Origin: Chthoniobacterales bacterium
Lineage (GTDB): Bacteria > Verrucomicrobiota > Verrucomicrobiia > Chthoniobacterales > JBKEAD01
Direction: 5' to 3'
Assembly: GCA_047973165.1 (NCBI GenBank)
Contig: JBKEBM010000071.1
Coordinates: 1-55,051 of the forward strand
Length of the DNA: 55,051 bases
Below are positions 8,592 through 17,712 of the stretch, piece by piece. Below the pieces are notes generated by a model. It had not been told where the DNA came from. It did not search any database and saw nothing but the letters and a program-made list of their open reading frames with translations. Each line of letters starts with the position of its first letter. Positions within the stretch are counted from its first letter, which is position 1. A program made the position numbers and the translations under genes.

Positions 8592-9586
8592 GAAGGCAGG
8601 GTCTGAAGCAAATCTTTGCGCTTGGGTTCCCACCAGTCACGATGGGTCTGATACCACTGCAAAGTCTCCTCAAGGCCAATTTTGAAATCATAATTTGGCT
8701 TCCAGTCCAGCTTGCGGGAGAGTTTTTCACTACTAATAAAGTAACGTCGATCATGTCCTCGACGGTCTGTAACGTGCCGGATTAACGACTCAGGCTTTCC
8801 GAGTTTTTGCACGATTTGCTTAGCAAGTTCGAGATTGCTCAACTCGTGTCCGGCAGAAATATTATAAATTTCCCCGGCTCGTCCCTCCAAAAGAATTGCT
8901 TGCAGGGCGCGACAATGATCGTGCACATGCAGCCAGTCCCGACGCTGCGCTCCGTCTCCGTAAACGGGTAACGAGTCGTCCGAAAGTGCCTGCGTAATGG
9001 CTCGCGGAATGAATTTTTCCGGATGCTGGAAGCTGCCGTAGTTATTCGTGCAGCGCGTAATAATGACCTCCTGCCCGTAGGTTTTTGCAGCCGCCATCAC
9101 CAGAATATCCGCAGACGCCTTGCTTGCAGAGTAGGGCGAGCTTGGGTTGAGCGGTGTATTTTCCGTAAAGGGAGCTTCTCCGCTGTGGTCGCCGTAAACC
9201 TCATCGGTTGAAATTTGTAAAAATCGCTTCACCTGAAATTCACGGCAAAGCTCCAGCAGCACATTCACGCCCATGACGTTGCTATGCACAAAATTTTGTG
9301 AACTCAGAATAGAGCGATCTACATGGGACTCGGCGGCGAAATTGACTACGGCGTAGTATTTTTGCTTTGCCAAAATTTCCCGCATTGCACTGGCGTCGGC
9401 AATGTCTGCCTGAAAAAACTCGTAGCGATCTCCAAAGTCCTCTGCCACGCCGGATGTATTTTCGACATTGCCCGCATAGGTCAGAGCGTCCACATTAGTC
9501 ACAAGCAAAGGTTGATAATGGCCCAACAAAAAACGGACAAAATTACTACCAATAAAACCGCAGCCACCTGTAACGAGAATTCTCAT
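8588..9586 (-). CDS. rfbB: dTDP-glucose 4,6-dehydratase
   Basis: MRILVTGGCGFIGSNF, STDEVYG and YSASKASAD motifs. The internal ATG at 9586 is used. The upstream 125 codons of the track ORF are antisense to the neighbouring YkgJ-like gene. Confidence 0.9.
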   Translation of the reverse strand: MRILVTGGCGFIGSNFVRFLLGHYQPLLVTNVDALTYAGNVENTSGVAEDFGDRYEFFQADIADASAMREILAKQKYYAVVNFAAESHVDRSILSSQNFVHSNVMGVNVLLELCREFQVKRFLQISTDEVYGDHSGEAPFTENTPLNPSSPYSASKASADILVMAAAKTYGQEVIITRCTNNYGSFQHPEKFIPRAITQALSDDSLPVYGDGAQRRDWLHVHDHCRALQAILLEGRAGEIYNISAGHELSNLELAKQIVQKLGKPESLIRHVTDRRGHDRRYFISSEKLSRKLDWKPNYDFKIGLEETLQWYQTHRDWWEPKRKDLLQTLPS

Positions 9587-9613
9587 GCGCAAACTCATAG
9601 CAGAGGAGATACG

Positions 9614-9946
9614 GTGGCCGCAACTCGCAAGGTATATTATCAATGCCAACGCTGCACAAATTGCTGCAAGTGGCCGGGCCAGGTAAAGCTCACCGACAAC
9701 GACATCCGACAAATCTCTGCCTTTCTCGGACTCAGTGAACAGGAATTTATCGATAAACATACCCGCCTGCAAACCAGCCGTCGTGGTCTCGCCCTGCTCG
9801 ACAAACCCAACGGTGAATGCGCCTTCCTCGATGGACGCGACTGTGCAATCCAGCCCGTGAAACCCCAGCAGTGCAGCGGATTTCCCAACGAATGGAACTT
9901 CCCCGGCTGGCGGGATATTTGCGAGGCTGTGGAGGTAACGATTTGA
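9614..9946 (+). CDS. YkgJ-family cysteine-cluster (putative Fe-S/zinc) protein
   Basis: CQRCTNCCKWPGQV...ECAFLDGRDCAIQPVKPQQCSGFP. A GTG start at 9614 is proposed because aggaga lies a few nt upstream and it avoids overlap with rfbB. Confidence 0.7.
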   Translation: MAATRKVYYQCQRCTNCCKWPGQVKLTDNDIRQISAFLGLSEQEFIDKHTRLQTSRRGLALLDKPNGECAFLDGRDCAIQPVKPQQCSGFPNEWNFPGWRDICEAVEVTI

Positions 9947-9954
9947 GAAAGTGC

Positions 9955-10419
9955 ATGTCATCTTTCCCGTATCACGGCCTGTTTGCTTTCGCGGCTTTTT
10001 TGTTCCTACATACGGTCACCCCGCTTTTTGCTCAGTCCAAAGCCGAGCTTGAGGTTTTCCGACTCGTCAATCAGGAACGTGCGAAAAAGAAACGTCCTCC
10101 CCTTGTCTGGGATGAAAGTCTCGCCCGGGCTGCTCGATACCACGCCGCCGATATGGCAAAAGACGGTTACTTTAAGCACGCTTCTTTTGATCGAAAAAAC
10201 GGAAAGCTTGTCCGAGTCGAACGCACCTTCGAGCGCATCGCACGTTTCGCAAAAAATCCCCGGGCTGAGAACATCGCCGTGGGGCAGATTTCACCTCGGC
10301 AGGTCATGGCGGGCTGGATGAAATCCCGAAGCCATCGAAACAATATCCTCTCTCCCTTCAGCACCCGCATCGGTGTCGCTTTTGTAAAAGGCTACTGGGT
10401 GCAGGACTTCGGAAAGTAA
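9955..10419 (+). CDS. Secreted CAP/SCP (PR-1-like, YkwD-type) domain protein
   Basis: Signal peptide MSSFPYHGLFAFAAFLFLHTVTPLFAQS, then VNQERAKKKRPPLVWDESLARAARYHAADM...GWMKSRSHRNNIL. Confidence 0.8.
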   Translation: MSSFPYHGLFAFAAFLFLHTVTPLFAQSKAELEVFRLVNQERAKKKRPPLVWDESLARAARYHAADMAKDGYFKHASFDRKNGKLVRVERTFERIARFAKNPRAENIAVGQISPRQVMAGWMKSRSHRNNILSPFSTRIGVAFVKGYWVQDFGK

Positions 10420-10423
10420 AACA

Positions 10424-10445
10424 GAAGACAGGGTCTTTTTTTTGA
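10424..10445 (+). terminator. Short intrinsic terminator
   Basis: gAAGAC-agg-GTCTT followed by a T-run of 8, directly after the CAP-domain gene. Confidence 0.5.
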
Positions 10446-10473
10446 TTATACTTTCCGGCAAAGTATCAACGGC

Positions 10474-12441
10474 TCACGGTTTTGTTTTAAGAAAAGCCTG
10501 TATGTCGAACGTATTGAGCGAGCCGGGAACATAGCGAGCGACAATGCGGTCCAGGGTAGGGTCCATCCCGGGAAGTTGGGCCGTAACTTCAAACAGGGGC
10601 GAGTGCATGGTGAGTGTGAACATTTGCGGATGAAGTGTCGCGGCAGCCCAGGGGTTGCCGATGTTCAGATAAAGCGGGAGACCGCGTTTGTCTGCTTCCT
10701 GGAGGGTTGAAATAAATTCGTCCAGGGTGCGAATGCGGATCATGTGCGGGTCGTAGAGCCAGGCTGGTGTATTGAAGCTGGCAGTGAGAACTTTTTCGTA
10801 ACCCGGATAGTTGGGCTGCGTAGTGGGTCGTGTGAGGAGAACCGATTCGCGCATGGGCTGGAGAGGTTTTGTGAGCAGCCACGAGCGAACTGGTGTGGTG
10901 AAGTTCCAATAAAAAATAATAAAGGCCAGGCAGGCGACAGCGGGGACAACGGATGACCAGCGAAAGCGTTGAAAAGGAAGAGCGAGCGCATCAAATCCAA
11001 GTGCGAGCAGAGCAACGACGGCTGGAAGGGTGTAGATAAGATACCATTCGAATAAAAAAGTATGCTGTAAAGCGGCCTGAAAATAAGCAGCGAAAGGTGG
11101 CAGAATAAAAATAACAAGTGTCAACGCAGCGAAGTATCCGCGTGAGAGAAGACGAAGGGCACCGAGACCGATCAGGGTCAGCGCACTGTAAACCAGGCTT
11201 GTAAAAATCCATGGGTGAGCCGTCATCAACGCGTAAAGCTCAGGTTGCACGGAAGTCAGGTCTTTGGATTTAAACCAGGCAACTCCGCTGAAAAGGAAGG
11301 AGAAAAAATTTTGCAGCCACCATGTACCCAGTGGGAGAGAGCCCCTGGTTTGCTCCAGGTAAGCAAGCATCTGCGGAACACAGGGGAGGTAAAACCAGAT
11401 AAAAAAGAGACCAGCTACTGCATTTACAAAAAACCAGCGGCTAAAAACGATACTGCGTGTATCTTTTAAACTTCGGGAAAAAAGAATGGTGGCGAGTGCG
11501 AGGATATTTATGGTTGCAACCGTAAAAAGCAGGCCCGGATAGGCGTAAAGCAGGGCAAACTCAATGAGAGCGAAAGCAGCCCAGTGTTTCCAGCGCGAAT
11601 GTCGAAGCGCATACATCCAAAAAATAAGCAGGAGTGGAAAGAGGCATAGCACAAGAGAGTAACCACGCGCCTCGCTGGCATAGCGAATATGCCAGGGGTG
11701 AACCGCCAGCAACCATGTGGTAATGACGGCAGCACGTGGAAAGCCGAATTCTTTTAGCAGGAGAGCTAGTGCCGGCAGCGCAAGGATACCAAAAAGGTAT
11801 GCCGGAAAACGAAGCGAAAATTCGCTGTAAGGTTTTTCGGGAGAAGTAAGGCCAAGGGTATTCCAGACGTTGAAGTTAAAGCGTGCGAGGATGCTATACA
11901 GGATATGGTTATTTGGCAGTTTATAGCCATGAAGTGTGCTCTCCCATTTCACGGTCCGGAAGCTCACAGGAGAATCGATTTGATCGGAGTTGTCGGGTTT
12001 AAATTCTCCCTGAACAAAGCGGCGAAGTGTGTAATGTTCGTCGTCCCAGACACTGAAATCGAGTCGCTGATATCCCTGAAAGGCTGTCAGAAACATGGCA
12101 ATGCCAATGAGTGGCCAGAACCAGCGAGGCGATTTTTCAGAAAGTTTGGGTTTGGTTGCGAGGGGCGGAAGTTGCTTCGTCCACCAGGGAGAGATCAGGC
12201 CAAGGAAGAGACTTCCCAGGAGGGCAATGAGTGCCCCAAACCAACTGTAGTATTTTGAAAAATCACGGGTGCGAGCCGTCTCCGGATCAGGCCAGTGGAG
12301 ATTCCATGGTTTGGGATTTACGATCAGCAAAATCAGAAAAAAAAGGCTGATGCCCGCAAAAATCCAGCGTGCCTGGGCAGCCGAGGGAAGTTTTTTCCAC
12401 CAGGTCAGGAAGCGGGTAAAAATTTCGTGAAGTTTTGTCAT
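10474..12441 (-). CDS. Large polytopic membrane protein, GT-C-fold (PMT/ArnT-like) glycosyltransferase candidate, paralog 2 of a tandem pair
   Basis: 655 aa with more than 10 predicted TM helices. An acidic first-loop motif FSVWDDEHYT resembles the DE motif of GT39/GT83 enzymes. It has a soluble C-terminal domain. The ATG overlaps the stop of the upstream paralog. Confidence 0.55.
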   Translation of the reverse strand: MTKLHEIFTRFLTWWKKLPSAAQARWIFAGISLFFLILLIVNPKPWNLHWPDPETARTRDFSKYYSWFGALIALLGSLFLGLISPWWTKQLPPLATKPKLSEKSPRWFWPLIGIAMFLTAFQGYQRLDFSVWDDEHYTLRRFVQGEFKPDNSDQIDSPVSFRTVKWESTLHGYKLPNNHILYSILARFNFNVWNTLGLTSPEKPYSEFSLRFPAYLFGILALPALALLLKEFGFPRAAVITTWLLAVHPWHIRYASEARGYSLVLCLFPLLLIFWMYALRHSRWKHWAAFALIEFALLYAYPGLLFTVATINILALATILFSRSLKDTRSIVFSRWFFVNAVAGLFFIWFYLPCVPQMLAYLEQTRGSLPLGTWWLQNFFSFLFSGVAWFKSKDLTSVQPELYALMTAHPWIFTSLVYSALTLIGLGALRLLSRGYFAALTLVIFILPPFAAYFQAALQHTFLFEWYLIYTLPAVVALLALGFDALALPFQRFRWSSVVPAVACLAFIIFYWNFTTPVRSWLLTKPLQPMRESVLLTRPTTQPNYPGYEKVLTASFNTPAWLYDPHMIRIRTLDEFISTLQEADKRGLPLYLNIGNPWAAATLHPQMFTLTMHSPLFEVTAQLPGMDPTLDRIVARYVPGSLNTFDIQAFLKTKP

Positions 12442-14495
12442 TCGTTAGGCGAGGTTTTGGAGTTGCTTCCAAATTTTTTGGACCAGGTGATGGGGCTGAG
12501 GTCAGCGTTAGGAATCGAATCACTTGCGGCTTTGAAGGCAGCAAAATCAAATTTTTCAAGAGCATGCGGGTGATATTTTGCCACGATGAAATCGAAGATC
12601 GGTTCGATGCTGCGATAGATGTGATAGTCGTCAAAGAGACCGTATTCATAATAGAGCCGCCAGAGCTTTGGATCACCGAAGGCGGCACTCCAGGGGTTAC
12701 CGACATAAACGTAGAGCGGTTTATTCTCAGCATCGGCACGCTGCATGAGGGCGAGGAGTTCGTCAGCACTGCCAAGCTTCCGGCAGCGCGGATCGTAAAC
12801 ATCGGGTTCGAGCCGGAGGCTTGCGGTCAGGATATTATTCTGTCCAGGAGCATAGGGGTTGAGCGTTTTTCGGGCCTGGAGCACAACCTCCTTAGCGGCT
12901 TCAATCGGGTGAGTGAGATGCCAGATTCTTGAGGGCTGTGTAAGATAAAAATACGGACCGAGAATGGTAAGTGCAACAATGCCGGGCAGGGCAGTCATGT
13001 GCTGAAGAGAGTTTTTATTTTGATTTAAAATACGGAGCAAAAAATCTCCGCCCAGGGCAATGCAGGCGACGATCCCGGGTAGCAGGTAAATGTTATACCA
13101 CTCAAACATAAACTGCCCGTTCAGCTTGGAGATACCCGTTGCAATAATGGCCGGTAAAATAAGAGTGGCAGCGATAATGCGATTAAGTGAATTGCTTCGC
13201 AGAAAATAAAAAAGCCCCAGGAGAAAAAGTGCAGCTCCGCCCCAAAGACAGAGATTGTATAAAAACGGACTGGCCGCCGCGATTTTTTGTAGTGCGATGT
13301 AGGATACTTCGGGGGAAAAACTTTTATTCCATGGAATCCCGTTAAAAAAGTAAGCGGCGGAATTGATCAGCCAGTCCCGATTCAGGTCTCCCTGTGCTTC
13401 TTCCGTGGTGAGATAAAGCTGATATTGCGGGACGAGGGGGAGGATGAGCTGGATGGTAGTGATTCCTGCAATGCTGTTGACTGTGAACCAGCGTGCGAGT
13501 TGCTGATAATTTTTTCCGCTGAAAACCTGAGTTTTGATAAGGTAAATAGCCGTCAGAAGATTTAGAATTATCAAAACATACAGCGAGCCCGGAAAGGAGT
13601 AGAGTAGACAAAATTGCGTTGCGGCAAAAGCAAACCACCAACGCCAGCGATGGGTGTTGAGGGCGCGTTCCCAGCAAAGCAGCAGGAGCGGAAGAAAGCC
13701 CATCGCGATGGCATAACCCCGGGTTTCTGTCGTGTAGCGCAGATACCAGGGATGAATGGCGAGGAGCCACGCAGCCAGAATTCCTGCAAAGGGCGAGACC
13801 TGGCGAGCCAGAAGCAGGCCAAGAAAAAAAACGCCGGCCAGGCCGCCAAGAAAGGCGGGGATGCGCAGTATCCAGTCCTCAAAATCGCGTGAGTTTTTCG
13901 AACGAAAGATGCGGGAGGTATGCCACAGAAGTTTCGCTGTGAGGCTGTTAAAAATGTGGTTGTTTGGTTTTTTATAACGATAAAGAGCATCCCGAAAAGA
14001 GGCGTTGCGAAGGTAAAATTCGCCGTCGTCCTTTTGTTTGTATTGCCCGACAATACTGCGGCGGGCGGTGTAGCGTTCGTCGTGGTTGAGGCTGAAGTTC
14101 ATGCGTGGAATTCCTGTTACTGCGAGAAAAAGTGTCGCAGCAATCAGGAAAGTCCAACACCAGCGAGGAAGGGAATGCGCGTGTGCCACCTGGAAAAGAA
14201 GCTCTGTTTTTTCCGGAATCCAGAAACGAGCACTGAGCGCAAAAAGAACAAGAATCGGTAGATTGATGAGGGCAGCCCACCAGGCCCAGGTTTTTACATA
14301 ATCTGCAACACTGGGATTGACCTGGTTGACGTTCCACGGTTTGTGAGCGGCGAGCATCCAGACAAAAAAGACCATGGCTGCCAGGGCAAAAACGATTTGA
14401 AAGCGGCGTGCGATGGTCAGCGACAACCACCAGCGCAGAGCCCTGCGGGTGGTTGGCAGCTTAGTATCTGTGGGCGTGTCAGAAGAATTTTGCAA
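12438..14495 (-). CDS. Large polytopic membrane protein, GT-C-fold glycosyltransferase candidate, paralog 1 of a tandem pair
   Basis: 685 aa. It is collinear with 10474-12441: KPWNV vs KPWNL, FSLNHDERYT vs FSVWDDEHYT, AIHPWYLRYTTETRGYA vs AVHPWHIRYASEARGYS, and LYVYVGNPWSAA vs LYLNIGNPWAAA. The annotated start is TTG, so the exact start is uncertain. Confidence 0.55.
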   Translation of the reverse strand: MQNSSDTPTDTKLPTTRRALRWWLSLTIARRFQIVFALAAMVFFVWMLAAHKPWNVNQVNPSVADYVKTWAWWAALINLPILVLFALSARFWIPEKTELLFQVAHAHSLPRWCWTFLIAATLFLAVTGIPRMNFSLNHDERYTARRSIVGQYKQKDDGEFYLRNASFRDALYRYKKPNNHIFNSLTAKLLWHTSRIFRSKNSRDFEDWILRIPAFLGGLAGVFFLGLLLARQVSPFAGILAAWLLAIHPWYLRYTTETRGYAIAMGFLPLLLLCWERALNTHRWRWWFAFAATQFCLLYSFPGSLYVLIILNLLTAIYLIKTQVFSGKNYQQLARWFTVNSIAGITTIQLILPLVPQYQLYLTTEEAQGDLNRDWLINSAAYFFNGIPWNKSFSPEVSYIALQKIAAASPFLYNLCLWGGAALFLLGLFYFLRSNSLNRIIAATLILPAIIATGISKLNGQFMFEWYNIYLLPGIVACIALGGDFLLRILNQNKNSLQHMTALPGIVALTILGPYFYLTQPSRIWHLTHPIEAAKEVVLQARKTLNPYAPGQNNILTASLRLEPDVYDPRCRKLGSADELLALMQRADAENKPLYVYVGNPWSAAFGDPKLWRLYYEYGLFDDYHIYRSIEPIFDFIVAKYHPHALEKFDFAAFKAASDSIPNADLSPITWSKKFGSNSKTSPNE

Positions 14496-14574
14496 GGTGG
14501 TCTAGTAGTTTTGTGCTGAAACCCGTTCCGTCAACCCTTTCCTGAGTCGAAGATATCAGGAGGGTGGGGGGTGC

Positions 14575-15717
14575 TCAGCGAGGCTTAAAGAGTTTCTTAA
14601 CAAACCAGGAATACCAGGCGAGGGCATTTTGCGCGATGGGCTGCTCCACGAAGTGATAGGAAAAATAAGAAATAAAAACGGTAATAGTCAGGGTAACAGA
14701 AGCCCAGAGCCAGGAGTAATCTTTGGGTGGGTAGCCTGCAGCTTCAAAACCAGGGCGCAGCAGGACCATTATAAATAAGTGATAAACAAAGACGCCGTAG
14801 CTGATGCGTCCGAGAGTGATGAGCCAGGGGCGCTTCAATGTCCAGCCCAGGAGACCCTTCCAGCCAGGCATGGTGCCGAGGACGATGTAGGCTGCACAGA
14901 TTGCCTCCAGCAACTCGACCGAGGAGTCAAAAATATATCCTGGTTCGTAAATACGTATCCAGCGGTTTAAAAACCAGATGGCGAGCACGAGAATTGCCAA
15001 ACCTGCTCCACGCCATCCTGCTGGCAGGGTTGGCAGGCCACCGGAGGATCGTTTTAACCATGCAAGCAATCCGCCGATGGCAAAGGAATCGAGTGAAGCG
15101 GGCAGCATGACCCAGCGGATGAAGGGAGAGACGCCCATTTGAAAAGTAACCAGGCGGAATCCCCAGGCGACGAATACCATCACAAGCAGTGCCCATGGGA
15201 AATAGCGGCGCGGCAGGAAGAAGACGACGAAGGGCCAGACGAGGTAAAACTGCTCCTGCGCTGCGAGTGACCAGAAGTGGGCAGTCGCACCGGGCCAGTA
15301 GCCGAGTTTCAGGGTGAGAAAGTTGCTGATAAAAGTGAGATGCCAGACCCAGTAATCGACCACATCCTGAATGCCGACGACATAGCCGATGCCGAGTGCG
15401 AGGAGAAAGGCAGGTGCCAGGCGCAGGATGCGCCTGCGGTGAAAGTCGCCCATACTGGCAGCAATGGATTGGTTTGTCTCAAGCTGCCTGGCACGCACAC
15501 TCCAGAGCGAGAGGGTGATGAGGTAGCCGCTTAAAACAAAAAATAATCGCACCCCCATTTGTCCCCAGTCGAGCCAGGGGGGGACGTGGATGGCGGCGTG
15601 ATGGAAAAAGACCATCAGAATGGCAACTCCGCGAAGTCCGTCGAGTTGAGGCTGGTAGCTCGATTTTTTGGTTGTCGGTGTGCTTGCGGGAGGGGGAGGG
15701 GCCGGCGGTGTGCTCAT
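14575..15717 (-). CDS. Acyltransferase family 3 (OafA/OatA-type) integral membrane O-acyltransferase
   Basis: 380 aa. LDGLRGVAILMVFFHH motif followed by about 10 TM helices. No SGNH extension. Confidence 0.8.
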   Translation of the reverse strand: MSTPPAPPPPASTPTTKKSSYQPQLDGLRGVAILMVFFHHAAIHVPPWLDWGQMGVRLFFVLSGYLITLSLWSVRARQLETNQSIAASMGDFHRRRILRLAPAFLLALGIGYVVGIQDVVDYWVWHLTFISNFLTLKLGYWPGATAHFWSLAAQEQFYLVWPFVVFFLPRRYFPWALLVMVFVAWGFRLVTFQMGVSPFIRWVMLPASLDSFAIGGLLAWLKRSSGGLPTLPAGWRGAGLAILVLAIWFLNRWIRIYEPGYIFDSSVELLEAICAAYIVLGTMPGWKGLLGWTLKRPWLITLGRISYGVFVYHLFIMVLLRPGFEAAGYPPKDYSWLWASVTLTITVFISYFSYHFVEQPIAQNALAWYSWFVKKLFKPR

Positions 15718-15736
15718 TTTCTGGCAGAAGTTTCCT

Positions 15737-16675
15737 TTACGGAGAATCCTCCGGAACTTTTTTTTCGGGTGGCACTTCTTTTGGAAGAGTGTCGATGGTC
15801 ACTTCGCAGGGAACAAAACGAAGCGCGGGTGGAACGTCGAATATGTCGGGATCGTCGGGCGTTGAAAGGGTGACCAGGACTAAGTCGTCCGGAAGCTGCC
15901 CGGCGGCATCGACGCGGGCTTCGAAGCGAATTTTTTTTCCGTTTATTGAGAAGGAGCAGCGAGCCGGAGCTCCCCTAAAAAATGCATCTGTAGTCGCACT
16001 GTGAAAGAGTGCTTCAATGTGCAAACGGGGTGGGGGAGGCGGGGCTGTCTGTGCCGTCTTGTCCGATTCCTGGGGTTGTGCTGCCTGGGACTCGGGCAGG
16101 GTGCCGCCTGCCTGGCGGAGGAGTTTTTCCAGGTGCTCGATGCGTTGGGTCATTTGCAGGTAAATTTTTTTGCGTTGTTCGGGTTCGCCTCGTGCGCTTT
16201 GCATCTGGCCGAGGTGAAACTGTGCCTGGGCGAGTGATGCGCGAGCGGAGATGTAAGCACTCTGTATTTGCGAGGCCGCCAGGGGGTCGAGAGCACCGGT
16301 TTCGACGAGTGGCATGAGGCGGTCGTAGCGTTCCTGAGCAAATTCAAAGTTGGTTTGCTGTTCTTTGACCATGGCAACAGCGTCTTCGACTCCCTGGCGT
16401 GTTTCCTGAAGATGGGACATGTTTTGTGCCAGTGAAAGCTTTGCTTCAGCGAGCTGATCCTCCAGCAAAAGGTGGACAAGAGTATCCCGTGGGTCGTTGG
16501 GTGCTTTGCTTTCCGCAGGTGATTCAGCGACACTTTGTTCGGGTAGGATTAAAACGGCATCGCGTGTCGAGTGGGTAAAACTCAGGTAGTTTTGACGTGT
16601 AAACCATCCGCCAATCACGGCTGCAAGAAGCAGGGCGATGACGATCCATTTGCCTGTGCCGGAGGATTTGCTCAT
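15737..16675 (-). CDS. Membrane-anchored coiled-coil protein, distantly HlyD/membrane-fusion-like
   Basis: An internal ATG at 16675 gives MSKSSGTGKWIVIALLLAAVIGGWF (a single TM). This is followed by a long heptad-like region (LAEAKLSLAQ...ARASLAQAQFHLGQMQ), a PPPPP linker and a beta-rich C-terminus. Confidence 0.45.
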   Translation of the reverse strand: MSKSSGTGKWIVIALLLAAVIGGWFTRQNYLSFTHSTRDAVLILPEQSVAESPAESKAPNDPRDTLVHLLLEDQLAEAKLSLAQNMSHLQETRQGVEDAVAMVKEQQTNFEFAQERYDRLMPLVETGALDPLAASQIQSAYISARASLAQAQFHLGQMQSARGEPEQRKKIYLQMTQRIEHLEKLLRQAGGTLPESQAAQPQESDKTAQTAPPPPPRLHIEALFHSATTDAFFRGAPARCSFSINGKKIRFEARVDAAGQLPDDLVLVTLSTPDDPDIFDVPPALRFVPCEVTIDTLPKEVPPEKKVPEDSP

Positions 16676-16680
16676 AAAAA

Positions 16681-17712
16681 TTAATGTCCGGGAAAGGTAA
16701 GCAGGTGGGCAAAATTTTTGCCGGAGGCAGTCAGGCGAGGTGCACTGCGGGAGCCTGTCACAAGTCCTCGCGAGAGATGTTTGAGAGCCTGGGGTGCGGA
16801 ACCCACCCAGCGGACACGCGGCTCGGCAACGCGCTGAGTTCCAGCACGGGCTTGCATCGGAATGAGTTGTTCGCTGAAGGTGATAGTCCATGCGGCCGGG
16901 TTGGCGACTTCTCCGGAGCGGACGAGCCAGGGGTAGTTGCGAACGAGTTCAAAATCCGGTCCGTTATTTACAGTCAGCTCAAACATGGGTTTTTGCGATG
17001 CTGCGATGAATTGCGGGATGCTTAAGTTTGGCTTTTTGCGAACTGCACGAAACAAGTCTGTCGGGTTCATACCGAAAAGGTTGCGTCCGTTAAACTGGCC
17101 GTGTTCGTTTGTTCCGCGTGCGTAGGTGTCGTGCCAGTCGGGGAAATTTGAGTTAAATTTCATGCAAAATTCGAAATGAAGATGGGCCCGTGTGCGGTTG
17201 AGTCCTCTGCCTGAATCGCCGAGGATACCGAGTGTGTCGCCTTGTTTTACACGTTGGCCGGGTTTGACTTTTATGGAGGCCAGGTGTGCGTAGAGAGAGT
17301 AATAACGGCAACCATCGAGCAGGTGTTCGACGACAACATAGCGTCCGTAATTGCTTTTGGCAGGGTCAGCAGAGGTATGAACAACTTTTCCTGCCGCCGC
17401 AGCGCGAACGGCATCAAGCGGAACTCCGTTGCGGTCGCGCCGAAGAGGTTTTATGTCGATGCCTTCATGAAAAGCACGGTAGTAAACTCCGGAGGCGCCA
17501 CGCTGAGGGCCGCGGACCAGCCCGTAGGTTCCCCCCTGCCAGGGTTTGCTTTTTTTTCCCTCAAAGTCGCGATCCACATACATGTAAAATGCAGGCTTGT
17601 CGGTGAAGATAGTGTGATTGTCGGTTGGCAACTCCAGCCAGGCAGCAACTGCCGCAGGGGTCGAAGCGGCTGTCATGATGAAAATAAAGGAGCGAAAAAT
17701 GGTCGGGAACAT
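16681..17712 (-). CDS. M23 family (LytM-type) metallopeptidase
   Basis: 343 aa with a signal-like N-terminus. Catalytic motifs FHEGIDI (HxxxD) and AHLHFEF (HxH), plus YSLYAHL and GDSGRG. Confidence 0.85.
   Translation of the reverse strand: MFPTIFRSFIFIMTAASTPAAVAAWLELPTDNHTIFTDKPAFYMYVDRDFEGKKSKPWQGGTYGLVRGPQRGASGVYYRAFHEGIDIKPLRRDRNGVPLDAVRAAAAGKVVHTSADPAKSNYGRYVVVEHLLDGCRYYSLYAHLASIKVKPGQRVKQGDTLGILGDSGRGLNRTRAHLHFEFCMKFNSNFPDWHDTYARGTNEHGQFNGRNLFGMNPTDLFRAVRKKPNLSIPQFIAASQKPMFELTVNNGPDFELVRNYPWLVRSGEVANPAAWTITFSEQLIPMQARAGTQRVAEPRVRWVGSAPQALKHLSRGLVTGSRSAPRLTASGKNFAHLLTFPGH

Noticed and set aside
9587-9961. Long N-terminal extension of rfbB, and the 9323-9613 extension of the YkgJ-like ORF
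   Set aside because: The Rossmann motif MRILVTGG marks the true rfbB start. The extensions are mutually antisense longest-ORF artefacts.
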